Shown one piece after another: positions 8,572 through 16,354 of a stretch of DNA of 33,598 nt (position 1 is the stretch's first letter; every line of letters begins with the position of its first letter). This DNA comes from a candidate division WOR-3 bacterium (GTDB taxonomy: Bacteria > Hydrothermota > Tepidihabitantia > SM23-42 > JAOAFX01). The stretch spans positions 1 to 33,598 of the forward strand of contig JBDRWI010000021.1 in the NCBI GenBank assembly GCA_039802265.1, given 5' to 3'. A program made the position numbers and the translations under genes. The notes under the pieces were generated by a model. The model saw only the letters and a list, made by a program, of their open reading frames with translations, ran no database searches and was not told where the DNA came from.

Positions 8572-9021
8572 ATGGCAGATAAACAATTAAAGCGATGGGA
8601 CCCGTTCAGGGAATTGATCTCCCTGAGGGATGATATGGACCGTTTGTTCAGTTCGTTTTTTGGAAGACCATCGGTTGAAGAGATGGAAGGGGTCTGGGCG
8701 CCGGTGATTGACCTTGAAGAGGATAATGAGAACTTTCTGGTTAAGGCAGAACTGCCTGGATTGAAGAAAGAGGATATAAAGATTTCGGTACGGGGTAACC
8801 TACTCACACTGACCGGTGAGCGAAAACAGGAGACAGAGACGAAGAATAAGACCTATCACCGGGTAGAGAGGTTTTATGGAAAGTTTTCAAGGACGATTAC
8901 CCTGCCCAGTGAAGTGGATGCGGATAAAGTGAAGGCGAGTTATAAGGATGGTCTGCTTACCATCACCCTGCCCAAACCCGAGACAATGAAGCCCAAGGAG
9001 ATTGAGATTGAGGTGAAGTAA
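8572..9021 (+). CDS. hspA: Small heat-shock protein, Hsp20/alpha-crystallin family
   Basis: Alpha-crystallin-domain pattern (FLVKAELPGLKKEDIKISV...LTITLPK). The true ATG is at 8572; the ORF-track extension from 8521 is repeat sequence. Confidence 0.85.
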   Translation: MADKQLKRWDPFRELISLRDDMDRLFSSFFGRPSVEEMEGVWAPVIDLEEDNENFLVKAELPGLKKEDIKISVRGNLLTLTGERKQETETKNKTYHRVERFYGKFSRTITLPSEVDADKVKASYKDGLLTITLPKPETMKPKEIEIEVK

Positions 9022-9030
9022 TAAAAGAAA

Positions 9031-9082
9031 CAGGAGTGGCCGGGGAACATTTAAATTGCTCCGCTACTCCTGTTTCTTAATA
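9031..9082 (+). terminator. Long stem-loop (12-bp perfect stem AGAAACAGGAGT/ACTCCTGTTTCT, 28-nt loop) between hsp20 and htrA
   Basis: Inverted repeat read directly. The 3' flank is A-rich rather than U-rich, so function as an intrinsic terminator is uncertain. Confidence 0.35.
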
Positions 9083-9096
9083 AAAAAGGAGTTTTT

Positions 9097-10590
9097 ATGG
9101 AAGGAAAGATTTCTTTTAAAGCGGCCGGGATAATCGCCGGAGCGGCGGCGGTGTTTGCCTTTCTCTTTGGTTTGATTATCAGTACCGGTATACCAGGGCT
9201 TGCAAATCGCACTGAGGCAAGTCCTGAAAAAGCTGTTCAGGTACCTCTGGTAAATGAGGAAGGGGAGAGCCCCTTTACAAAGGTGGCTGAGACTGTTTCA
9301 CCCGCAGTGGTGAATATTTCTGCCGAGCGCAAGGTCAAGACCAACATTCCAAATCTTGAATGGGAATTTCGCGGACCTCTGGAAGAATTCTTCAGGGATT
9401 TCTTCAGAAACTTTCCGAGATACGAGGGTAAATCACAGACCCTGGGCTCGGGTTTTATTATTTCAGAGGATGGCTATGTGGTAACGAACCATCATGTAAT
9501 CAAGGATGCCTCGGAGATTATAATAAAGATGACCGATAAGAGGGAGTATAAGGGCGATAAGGTTAAGGTCATCGGTTCTGATCAGCGCACCGATGTGGCA
9601 CTGCTGAAGATTGAAACCGATGAGAAGTTACCGTATTTGAAATTTGGTGATTCAGACAAGATTAAGGTTGGGGATTGGGTTATTGCAGTTGGTAATCCGT
9701 TCAATCTTGAAGGGACGGTTACGGTTGGAGTGATTTCGGCAAAGGGAAGGAGCAATATTCCACTTGCCGAGGGTCCGGACTTTCAGAGTTTTCTTCAGAC
9801 CGACGCAGCCATAAATCCAGGTAATTCCGGGGGACCACTTTTAAATATTCACGGTGAAGTCATCGGCATAAATACGGCAATCACCTCTACTACCGGTGGT
9901 AATATCGGGATTGGATTTGCAATCCCCATAAATCTTGCACGGACAATAATTGATGAGCTGAGGACAAAAGGTAAGGTTACCAGGGGCTACTTGGGTGTCT
10001 ATTTAGGCGAGGTTGATGAAGATATTAAAGAGGCGCTGGGCCTTTCCAGTACCGAAGGTGTTCTGATAAATGAGGTTGTTCCCAATTCACCGGCCGAAAG
10101 GGCGGGCTTAAAGGACCGGGATGTAATAATTGAGTTTGATGGCAAGAAGGTGACGGATGTCCAGTCATTCCGGATTATGGTTGCCTCAACTCCTGTGGGT
10201 AAAGAGGTGAAATTGAAGATTATCCGTGATGGCAAAAAAATAGAGAAGAGTGTCAGGATCGGTGAGATGCCTGAAGAGAAGGTTGCAGTGAAGGAAGAGC
10301 GAGGGCTGGAAAAGGAACTTGGGTTGACGGTCGTTGAGCTTGACAATCCCCGTGCCCGTAATTATAATCTGAATGTGAAAGAGGGTGTTTTGGTTATTGA
10401 TGTGAAAGATGATTCACCCGCCGGAGATGCCGGGATTGAGCCCGGAGATGTGATTGTTGAGATTGGGAATGATAAGATAAAGAATCTTGCCGATTATCGG
10501 CAGGCAGTGGCAAGATTAAAGAAGGGTAAGCCGGTTATCTTTCAGATTCAAAGAGGAGAAAGAAAACGCTATGTGGCAGTGACACCTTAA
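9097..10590 (+). CDS. htrA: HtrA/DegP-family periplasmic serine protease with two PDZ domains
   Basis: N-terminal TM/signal, catalytic-triad context (TNHHV...DVALLK...GNSGGPLLN) and two PDZ-like segments. RBS AAGGAG. Confidence 0.9.
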   Translation: MEGKISFKAAGIIAGAAAVFAFLFGLIISTGIPGLANRTEASPEKAVQVPLVNEEGESPFTKVAETVSPAVVNISAERKVKTNIPNLEWEFRGPLEEFFRDFFRNFPRYEGKSQTLGSGFIISEDGYVVTNHHVIKDASEIIIKMTDKREYKGDKVKVIGSDQRTDVALLKIETDEKLPYLKFGDSDKIKVGDWVIAVGNPFNLEGTVTVGVISAKGRSNIPLAEGPDFQSFLQTDAAINPGNSGGPLLNIHGEVIGINTAITSTTGGNIGIGFAIPINLARTIIDELRTKGKVTRGYLGVYLGEVDEDIKEALGLSSTEGVLINEVVPNSPAERAGLKDRDVIIEFDGKKVTDVQSFRIMVASTPVGKEVKLKIIRDGKKIEKSVRIGEMPEEKVAVKEERGLEKELGLTVVELDNPRARNYNLNVKEGVLVIDVKDDSPAGDAGIEPGDVIVEIGNDKIKNLADYRQAVARLKKGKPVIFQIQRGERKRYVAVTP

Positions 10591-10593
10591 AAT

Positions 10594-11448
10594 ATGATTA
10601 GACCGGTTAGTGAGCGGGGATTAAGGCAATATTTTGAAGAGGTCGGTAAATATCCACTACTTGATAAAGAAGAGGAAAGTAGATTAGCAAAAAGGTTCAG
10701 AGAAAAAAAAGACCAGGAGGCAAAAGAGAAGTTAATACTCTCAAATCTAAGAATCGTTATCTCTATCTGTTCAAAATTTCATAACTGTGGTTTGAGTATG
10801 TCTGAGCTCATAAATGCGGGTAATCGTGGCCTCTTACGGGCGGTTGAGAAATATGATGAGAGAAAGGGCTATCGATTCTGCACCTATTCAGTCTGGTGGA
10901 TAAAAAGGGCAATTTATGAGGCAATAAATGCCGAATTTGGAGTCATCAAAAAGAGTAGATTAGCCCGAAGAATTCAGATGTTTATTGGCAAATTTGTGCA
11001 GAATAAGGGTCGGGAACCCACCCTCCAGGAAATAGCCGAGGGGTTGAAAGTTGATACAATGCATGTCAATCGAGCACTTGCAGAGTTGATTCCATTAATT
11101 TCCCTTGATTCAGCATTTGAACAGGAAGATGCTGATACACCGTTTATTGAAAAACTACGCCTTGATGAATCAAGTTCAAAATTTTTCGGGCTGGAATCCT
11201 TTATTGCCCCAGCACCCGAGGAAGTATTTGAAAAGAAACTGGAAAAGGAAAGCCTGAATGAGGCAATAGGAACACTTCAACCCCGTGAACAGGAGATTAT
11301 AAAACGGAGTTTTGGGCTTGATGACTACGACTGCCAGAGTCTTGAGGAAATCAGCCGGATAATGAATATCACCAGAGAACGGGTGCGGCAGATAAGGGAT
11401 AATGCCCTGAAGAAGTTGAAAATGTATCTGCGGATGAAGCGGCGTTAA
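10594..11448 (+). CDS. RNA polymerase sigma factor, sigma-70 family (alternative sigma, group 2/3 size)
   Basis: Region 2 (GLLRAVEKYDERKGYRFCTYSVWWIKRAI) and region 4.2 HTH (LEEISRIMNITRERVRQIRDNALKKL). No RpoH box. Confidence 0.8.
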   Translation: MIRPVSERGLRQYFEEVGKYPLLDKEEESRLAKRFREKKDQEAKEKLILSNLRIVISICSKFHNCGLSMSELINAGNRGLLRAVEKYDERKGYRFCTYSVWWIKRAIYEAINAEFGVIKKSRLARRIQMFIGKFVQNKGREPTLQEIAEGLKVDTMHVNRALAELIPLISLDSAFEQEDADTPFIEKLRLDESSSKFFGLESFIAPAPEEVFEKKLEKESLNEAIGTLQPREQEIIKRSFGLDDYDCQSLEEISRIMNITRERVRQIRDNALKKLKMYLRMKRR

Positions 11449-11554
11449 TTTGTTGTATTGTTATAAATCCGCAGTATGAAATTCTAAAGAATTATATACC
11501 CAACTCTGTCTACCGGCAGACCAAACTCGGTTGTCATACCCTAAGGATTTAACT

Positions 11555-11569
11555 GAACCCTGATTAAAT
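11555..11569. terminator. Short palindrome CCTGAT-TAA-ATCAGG between the convergent sigma-factor and hslV genes
   Basis: Perfect 6-bp inverted repeat with a 3-nt loop; a weak candidate bidirectional terminator. Confidence 0.25.
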
Positions 11570-11592
11570 CAGGAGAAGGCAAATTATCTTCT

Positions 11593-12117
11593 TTATAACT
11601 CCTCAATGGATATCTCGGTATTCGTATAAATACATATCCCCGCGGCAATTCTTATTGACTCTTCAACAATCTCCCGTGCTGAAAGATTGGAATACTTAAT
11701 CAATGCCCGGCAGGCAGCAAGGGCATAGGGCGAGCCTGAGCCAATAGCGACAATTCCATCATCGGGTTCAACTATGTCACCGGCACCGGAAACCACATAG
11801 GCATGTTCTTTATCAAGGATTGCCAGAAATGCCTCCAGGCGTCTTAGAATTTTGTCCTGACGCCAGTCCTTGGCCAGTTCAACTACACTGCGGGGAAGAT
11901 TGCCCCGGAACTCTTCCAATTTTGCCTCAAATCGCTCAAAGAGGGTCAGCGCATCAGCCGTGGCACCGGCAAATCCAACGAGGATTTTATCGTTATACAT
12001 CTTTCTAATCTTTTTGGCATGGTGCTTCATCACGGTTTCCCCGGTGGTTACCTGCCCGTCACAACCAATTGCCACCTGTCCTTTGAATCTTACACCAATA
12101 ATTGTTGTTCCGTGCAT
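11593..12117 (-). CDS. hslV: ATP-dependent protease subunit HslV (ClpQ)
   Basis: Collinear match along the whole length to HslV: TTIIGV N-terminal Thr, [38 protein letters not shown]. Confidence 0.9.
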   Translation of the reverse strand: MHGTTIIGVRFKGQVAIGCDGQVTTGETVMKHHAKKIRKMYNDKILVGFAGATADALTLFERFEAKLEEFRGNLPRSVVELAKDWRQDKILRRLEAFLAILDKEHAYVVSGAGDIVEPDDGIVAIGSGSPYALAACRALIKYSNLSAREIVEESIRIAAGICIYTNTEISIEEL

Positions 12118-12124
12118 AATTTAA

Positions 12125-12152
12125 ATTATATCCACCAAAATAGCGATGTCAA
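12125..12152 (-). promoter_or_regulatory. Consensus sigma-70 promoter for hslV (TTGACA, 16-bp spacer, TATAAT), with the -10 only 7 nt from the ATG: predicted leaderless mRNA
   Basis: Minus-strand reading TTGACATCGCTATTTTGGTGGATATAATTTAAATTATG. No SD is possible in the 7-nt gap. Confidence 0.5.
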
Positions 12153-12180
12153 CAAAGGATAATTCTGTATCCCAAAGCCA

Positions 12181-13596
12181 TTAAATTTTTATGACCTTTT
12201 TTATCTGGAGTATTTCGCCCCGCGATTCTAATTGAATAATATATATCCCATTGGGCACTCTTTTCTGAGCATTGTCCAGACCAGACCAGATGATTTTGTT
12301 TTTCGGTTGCATCGGTAGCGCATTCCATTGTCTGACCAACCTGCCAGTTACATCATAGATTTTCAGACTGATAGACGATGTTTGCCAATTACGGGTAGAA
12401 AGTTTTGTATCTTCTATCCCATAGGTAATACTTAATTCGGTAGTAAACGGATCTGGATTGATTTGAAACATTATCCGGGGTAAGTAATGGCGTGCCTCTT
12501 CCATTCTACCGAAATTCATATAACTCCCATAAATATCCCAGTCGCCATTTCGGTCGGTTTGCCACAACACCCACAGGCAAAACTCACTCTGGGTCACGAC
12601 CGGTAGAATATCCCGGGCATAGTGTGTATCAACATATATTGATTCCCATCCGGGTGAATCAAAAAATGTGTAGATATCCTCATTACCATTCCGAATCGAA
12701 CTGTAGGCCGATACAAGAGGCATCCAGCGGGTTACGGCTATGAAATAAAATGGGCAGGGTGTAGTATCGACTACATTGTTGAAGGTAACACGAAAGGCAT
12801 TGTTCAGTGAATCATAACCAGTCCGATAGATTTCCCAGTTTCCATCCCGATTGGATTCCCAGAAAACCCATACCCCGTAAGTATAAGAGAAGAAACTATA
12901 GACAGCAATCTCTGGATTCAGATCATCGGCGGGGTCGGATGTTATCCGCTGAGCAGTTTGCCATGAACCTCCAATGTATTCATTGTAGTAGACATCTCCA
13001 TTTTTCTCCCAGACGACAAAGGGGTGTGCGTAACGCAAATTTATCCTGGGATTGAGGTTATCATAGAATGAGTCAAGGGTCACTGACATAGGAGCTGACC
13101 AGGTTGTGCCATCATAGTAAGAAGCAAGGATATTTACTGCTTCCGCCATTGGTCCACACTCCCAGACAACCCAGACTGTATCATTAGTAACGCATATTGA
13201 TGGAGATTTATCATCAAATTGGGAATTGGTTAGCTGATAGGGGGACTGCCAGTGGTTTGTGGTATCCCCCTTTGCCACAAAGATATTCCAGTTTCCCGCA
13301 CTATTATTCTGCCAGACACACCAGAAACAATTTCTTGAATAATCATAGGCAACACTCGGATTAATGTCTGAAACAGTATTGTTTGTTATTCTAATTGTGT
13401 CACTCCAGAATTCGCCATAATTGAAGCGAGAAAATATCTCCCAGTTATTGTTAATGTAAGACTGCCATACCAGACAGGCATAGGGTACCTGGAGGCGGCA
13501 GATTTGAGGATTCCTGTCATCAATCCCAACGATTCCTAAATTAATGGGTGTGGACCAGAATTGCAAGGGAAGTATTAATAAAAAATAGGAAGCCAT
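12181..13596 (-). CDS. Secreted Trp-rich beta-propeller repeat protein with T9SS C-terminal sorting domain
   Basis: Signal peptide; repeats of about 45 aa ending in W.VWE/W.SP; C-terminal 80 aa end ...KIYDVTGRLV...GIYIIQLES...KVIKI, typical of a Por/T9SS CTD. Start moved to ATG 13596 (RBS AAGGAGG). Confidence 0.7.
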   Translation of the reverse strand: MASYFLLILPLQFWSTPINLGIVGIDDRNPQICRLQVPYACLVWQSYINNNWEIFSRFNYGEFWSDTIRITNNTVSDINPSVAYDYSRNCFWCVWQNNSAGNWNIFVAKGDTTNHWQSPYQLTNSQFDDKSPSICVTNDTVWVVWECGPMAEAVNILASYYDGTTWSAPMSVTLDSFYDNLNPRINLRYAHPFVVWEKNGDVYYNEYIGGSWQTAQRITSDPADDLNPEIAVYSFFSYTYGVWVFWESNRDGNWEIYRTGYDSLNNAFRVTFNNVVDTTPCPFYFIAVTRWMPLVSAYSSIRNGNEDIYTFFDSPGWESIYVDTHYARDILPVVTQSEFCLWVLWQTDRNGDWDIYGSYMNFGRMEEARHYLPRIMFQINPDPFTTELSITYGIEDTKLSTRNWQTSSISLKIYDVTGRLVRQWNALPMQPKNKIIWSGLDNAQKRVPNGIYIIQLESRGEILQIKKVIKI

Positions 13597-13618
13597 CGAG
13601 GTCCTCCTTTCCAAAAAT

Positions 13619-13646
13619 ATTATACCCCATTTTATCAATTCGTCAA
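13619..13646 (-). promoter_or_regulatory. Consensus sigma-70 promoter (TTGACG, 16-bp spacer, TATAAT) for the T9SS beta-propeller gene
   Basis: Minus-strand CTTGACGAATTGATAAAATGGGGTATAAT, followed by an AAGGAGG RBS. Confidence 0.5.
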
Positions 13647-13676
13647 GGTTGGCAATTCACTTAAAAAGAGGATATC

Positions 13677-13697
13677 ATGCCCCGAAATTAAGGGCAT
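13677..13697 (-). terminator. Hairpin ATGCCC-N9-GGGCAT followed on the minus strand by a T-rich tract, downstream of thyX
   Basis: Inverted repeat read directly. Minus-strand 3' flank is GATATCCTCTTTTT. Confidence 0.35.
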
Positions 13698-13743
13698 TTT
13701 ACCTTTACATTAACAGCGGGGAAATGTAAAATTTAGTATTATA

Positions 13744-15261
13744 TTATCCTGGTGGCGGAACCGCAGTTACCTTTGGATATTTGCCATAGATTTTGTAATA
13801 AACTTCTGGATAATCTGATTTACTACACAGTAGCCGGCTGGTAACAGGAAGGATCCTTTTTGCCAGTTTTGACATCTTATGCACCGTATCTCTGATATCC
13901 CACTGTGCCGTTGGGTCTTCGCGCAGCCTTGAGATGTGGTATAACTCACGCAGATTTAAACTCATCAAGACCCTTTTACGATGGCTATTGGTAAGGATGT
14001 AGGAGCCAACACCCGGGTATTTTTTTTCTATTTTATTGTAAAGGGAATTCGTTCTTTCAACAATCTCCATAAAATTTTTTTCTTCACCAATTTCTTTGAT
14101 TGATTCCGGTATGGTATTTCCCAGCTGGGGGTTATATTCCTGGGCGATGATTGTGGCAATGCGGTGCCTCTTCAACTGGCCAAAAGCGGCAGCTGAGACA
14201 GTAAGGGAATAGGTGAGATTGGTAAATTCAAATTCCCTCAGGACTGTATCATAAAGTTCAAGATAATGGCAGGCTTTTTTGAACAATTCCAATTTCTGTT
14301 TCTCATTCATTTTTTTGATGATACTCTGACAGCGCTGGTAATCAATATTTTTGATTTTAAACAAGATTGCCGCAAGGACCTTATCATCACCATCCGATGT
14401 ATAGTCAACAAGACTCACGCCTTCATCAGATAAAACATCACTCCTGCATTTGATCTTTAGTGTGTCTTGATTCTTTCTTGAGAATGCACCATTTATATAT
14501 TCCCGGAGCATGGGATATGTCAGACGGTCATAGTCATTCGCCTTAAAGAATAAGAGTAGTGAGGGGGCAATCCGTCGGGTGGTGTGGAATAGTTTTTCAC
14601 CGAGTTGGTTTATCTCTTTTAGTTGATGGCTGGCGAATCGCCGAAGCATCAATTCCAGATTTCGGGCGTTGATTGTTGCACCGAGCTGGGTTTTTGTTGC
14701 CAGGGGCAGGATATAGCGGGCATCCTCCTTTGCGAGATTTTCCAGCTGGCGTTTGCCCTTTGGTTCGTTTATTAAGTCTGGAAATTTTTTTTGATTCAGG
14801 GATATCAACTTATCTAACAGGTTCAAATAAAAACTTTGTTGAAGTTTAATTAAATTCAAATATTGACCTAAAAGCGAAGGATTTTTCAATTCCTCAGGTA
14901 TAAAAACGCCCCCCTTGAAGGTGACATAGCGCTGTGATTTCTCGGTATAGGAACAGAGCCGATGCCCTTCCAGTTCTTCAACTGCCCGCCGGGAGATGCC
15001 GATGATATCAAAATTGAAGACCGCATGCTCGGCGATTGAGTGGTGGCTCATCTCAAAGATAATCCTTCGATTTGATTTACGGGCATTTTCCACCTCGGTT
15101 CTTGCCTCTCTTCTCAGTTCAATTACTGAATTGGGGCTGCGACTTATCCGGGCATACGCTGCAGAGATTGTTTCAGGGGTGAGCGGTATTCCATTATGTT
15201 CCTTATTCAGTTCTTTGAGTATTTCTGTATCAACATTATAGCCAGCAAGAAAAACCTTCAT
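13744..15261 (-). CDS. thyX: Flavin-dependent thymidylate synthase ThyX-like, tandem (duplicated) Thy1 domains, 505 aa
   Basis: First half has HHSIAEHAVFNF and ...GHRLCSYTEKSQRY (ThyX motif, first R replaced by G). Second half has LKRHRIATIIAQEY (intact RHR, degenerate SxRY). Confidence 0.7.
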   Translation of the reverse strand: MKVFLAGYNVDTEILKELNKEHNGIPLTPETISAAYARISRSPNSVIELRREARTEVENARKSNRRIIFEMSHHSIAEHAVFNFDIIGISRRAVEELEGHRLCSYTEKSQRYVTFKGGVFIPEELKNPSLLGQYLNLIKLQQSFYLNLLDKLISLNQKKFPDLINEPKGKRQLENLAKEDARYILPLATKTQLGATINARNLELMLRRFASHQLKEINQLGEKLFHTTRRIAPSLLLFFKANDYDRLTYPMLREYINGAFSRKNQDTLKIKCRSDVLSDEGVSLVDYTSDGDDKVLAAILFKIKNIDYQRCQSIIKKMNEKQKLELFKKACHYLELYDTVLREFEFTNLTYSLTVSAAAFGQLKRHRIATIIAQEYNPQLGNTIPESIKEIGEEKNFMEIVERTNSLYNKIEKKYPGVGSYILTNSHRKRVLMSLNLRELYHISRLREDPTAQWDIRDTVHKMSKLAKRILPVTSRLLCSKSDYPEVYYKIYGKYPKVTAVPPPG

Positions 15262-15262
15262 A

Positions 15263-16351
15263 TTAAGGGTTATTTTTCAATTTTGTGAAACGTTTTTTAA
15301 TATCCATTGCCAGAAACTTTAAAGATGAATACATGTCAAGGGCACAGTCCCGATAAAAGGCGAGGTCCCTTCCCACTGGGTCCGGGACTTCATTGTATTT
15401 TGTGCGCCGCTTGTATTCCTTCAATAAGAATGTCTTGGCAACCGAATCGGCCGAGATTTCCAGCACCGTCTCATAATGGCGATACTCCATCACCAGTATC
15501 AGGTCAGCCCAATCAATAAGTTCTTTATTGATGGGTCGGGAGCGGTGGTTATCAATGGACCCGCCAAATTCCTTTACCACAATCCGGGCATTGGGGGAGG
15601 CAGGAAGTCCATCAATTGCGGCTGTTCCAGCGGTCTGGACATCCAGATAGTCTTCTGGAACCATCGTCTTTATTATGCCCATTGCCATGGGACTGCGACA
15701 GGTATTACCGGTGCATACAAAAAGGAGGTTAAATTTTAATGAATCGCCAATTATTATTCTTCTTCCATAGACCTTTTCGATTTCCAAAATAGGCACCCTG
15801 CCCTTGCGCAAAATTGTTGGTGGGGTTGTGGTGAGGTCAAGGATGGTTGATGGTGCTCCTTTGAGGATACCACCGTCAATTATCAGTTTAATTTCCTTAA
15901 AATTATCAGCGATCTCCTGTGGTGTTGTAAAAGGAGGCTGTGCCGAAAGATTTGCACTGGTAACAATAAGGGGATTGTCATAGCAATTCAATAACTTTAT
16001 GATAAAATGGACATCCGGAATTCTTATTCCAATTTTCTTTTCCGCTGCGTCAATGGGGGCAGCTGGATTTCTTTTTAAGATAAAAGTAATTGGACCGGGC
16101 AGAAAATAGTCGATGAGCTTCCGTTTAGTAATAATTGCATAATCGGGGATATTCTTTTTTGATATAAAAAAGGTGTATGGTTTATTATCTCTCTTTTTTA
16201 ATGAATTCAGTCTTTCTTTTGCACTAACGTAGGTCGCATCTACGGCAAGGCCATAGACGGTATCGGTGGGCAGGGCAATAATCGCTCCCTTTTTCAAGGC
16301 GTCAACTATCCTTCCGTAGAATTCTTCCGAATCGTCAATCTTTATTATCAT
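15263..16351 (-). CDS. tsaC: Fusion protein: Sua5/YrdC-type threonylcarbamoyl-AMP synthase (TsaC) N-terminal domain and low-molecular-weight protein-tyrosine/arginine phosphatase C-terminal domain
   Basis: N-terminal ...ALPTDTVYGLAVDA (YrdC/Sua5 motif). C-terminal half has LLFVCTGNTCRSPMA (LMW-PTP CX5R P-loop) and a later DP motif. Confidence 0.75.
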   Translation of the reverse strand: MIIKIDDSEEFYGRIVDALKKGAIIALPTDTVYGLAVDATYVSAKERLNSLKKRDNKPYTFFISKKNIPDYAIITKRKLIDYFLPGPITFILKRNPAAPIDAAEKKIGIRIPDVHFIIKLLNCYDNPLIVTSANLSAQPPFTTPQEIADNFKEIKLIIDGGILKGAPSTILDLTTTPPTILRKGRVPILEIEKVYGRRIIIGDSLKFNLLFVCTGNTCRSPMAMGIIKTMVPEDYLDVQTAGTAAIDGLPASPNARIVVKEFGGSIDNHRSRPINKELIDWADLILVMEYRHYETVLEISADSVAKTFLLKEYKRRTKYNEVPDPVGRDLAFYRDCALDMYSSLKFLAMDIKKRFTKLKNNP

Positions 16352-16354
16352 CTT

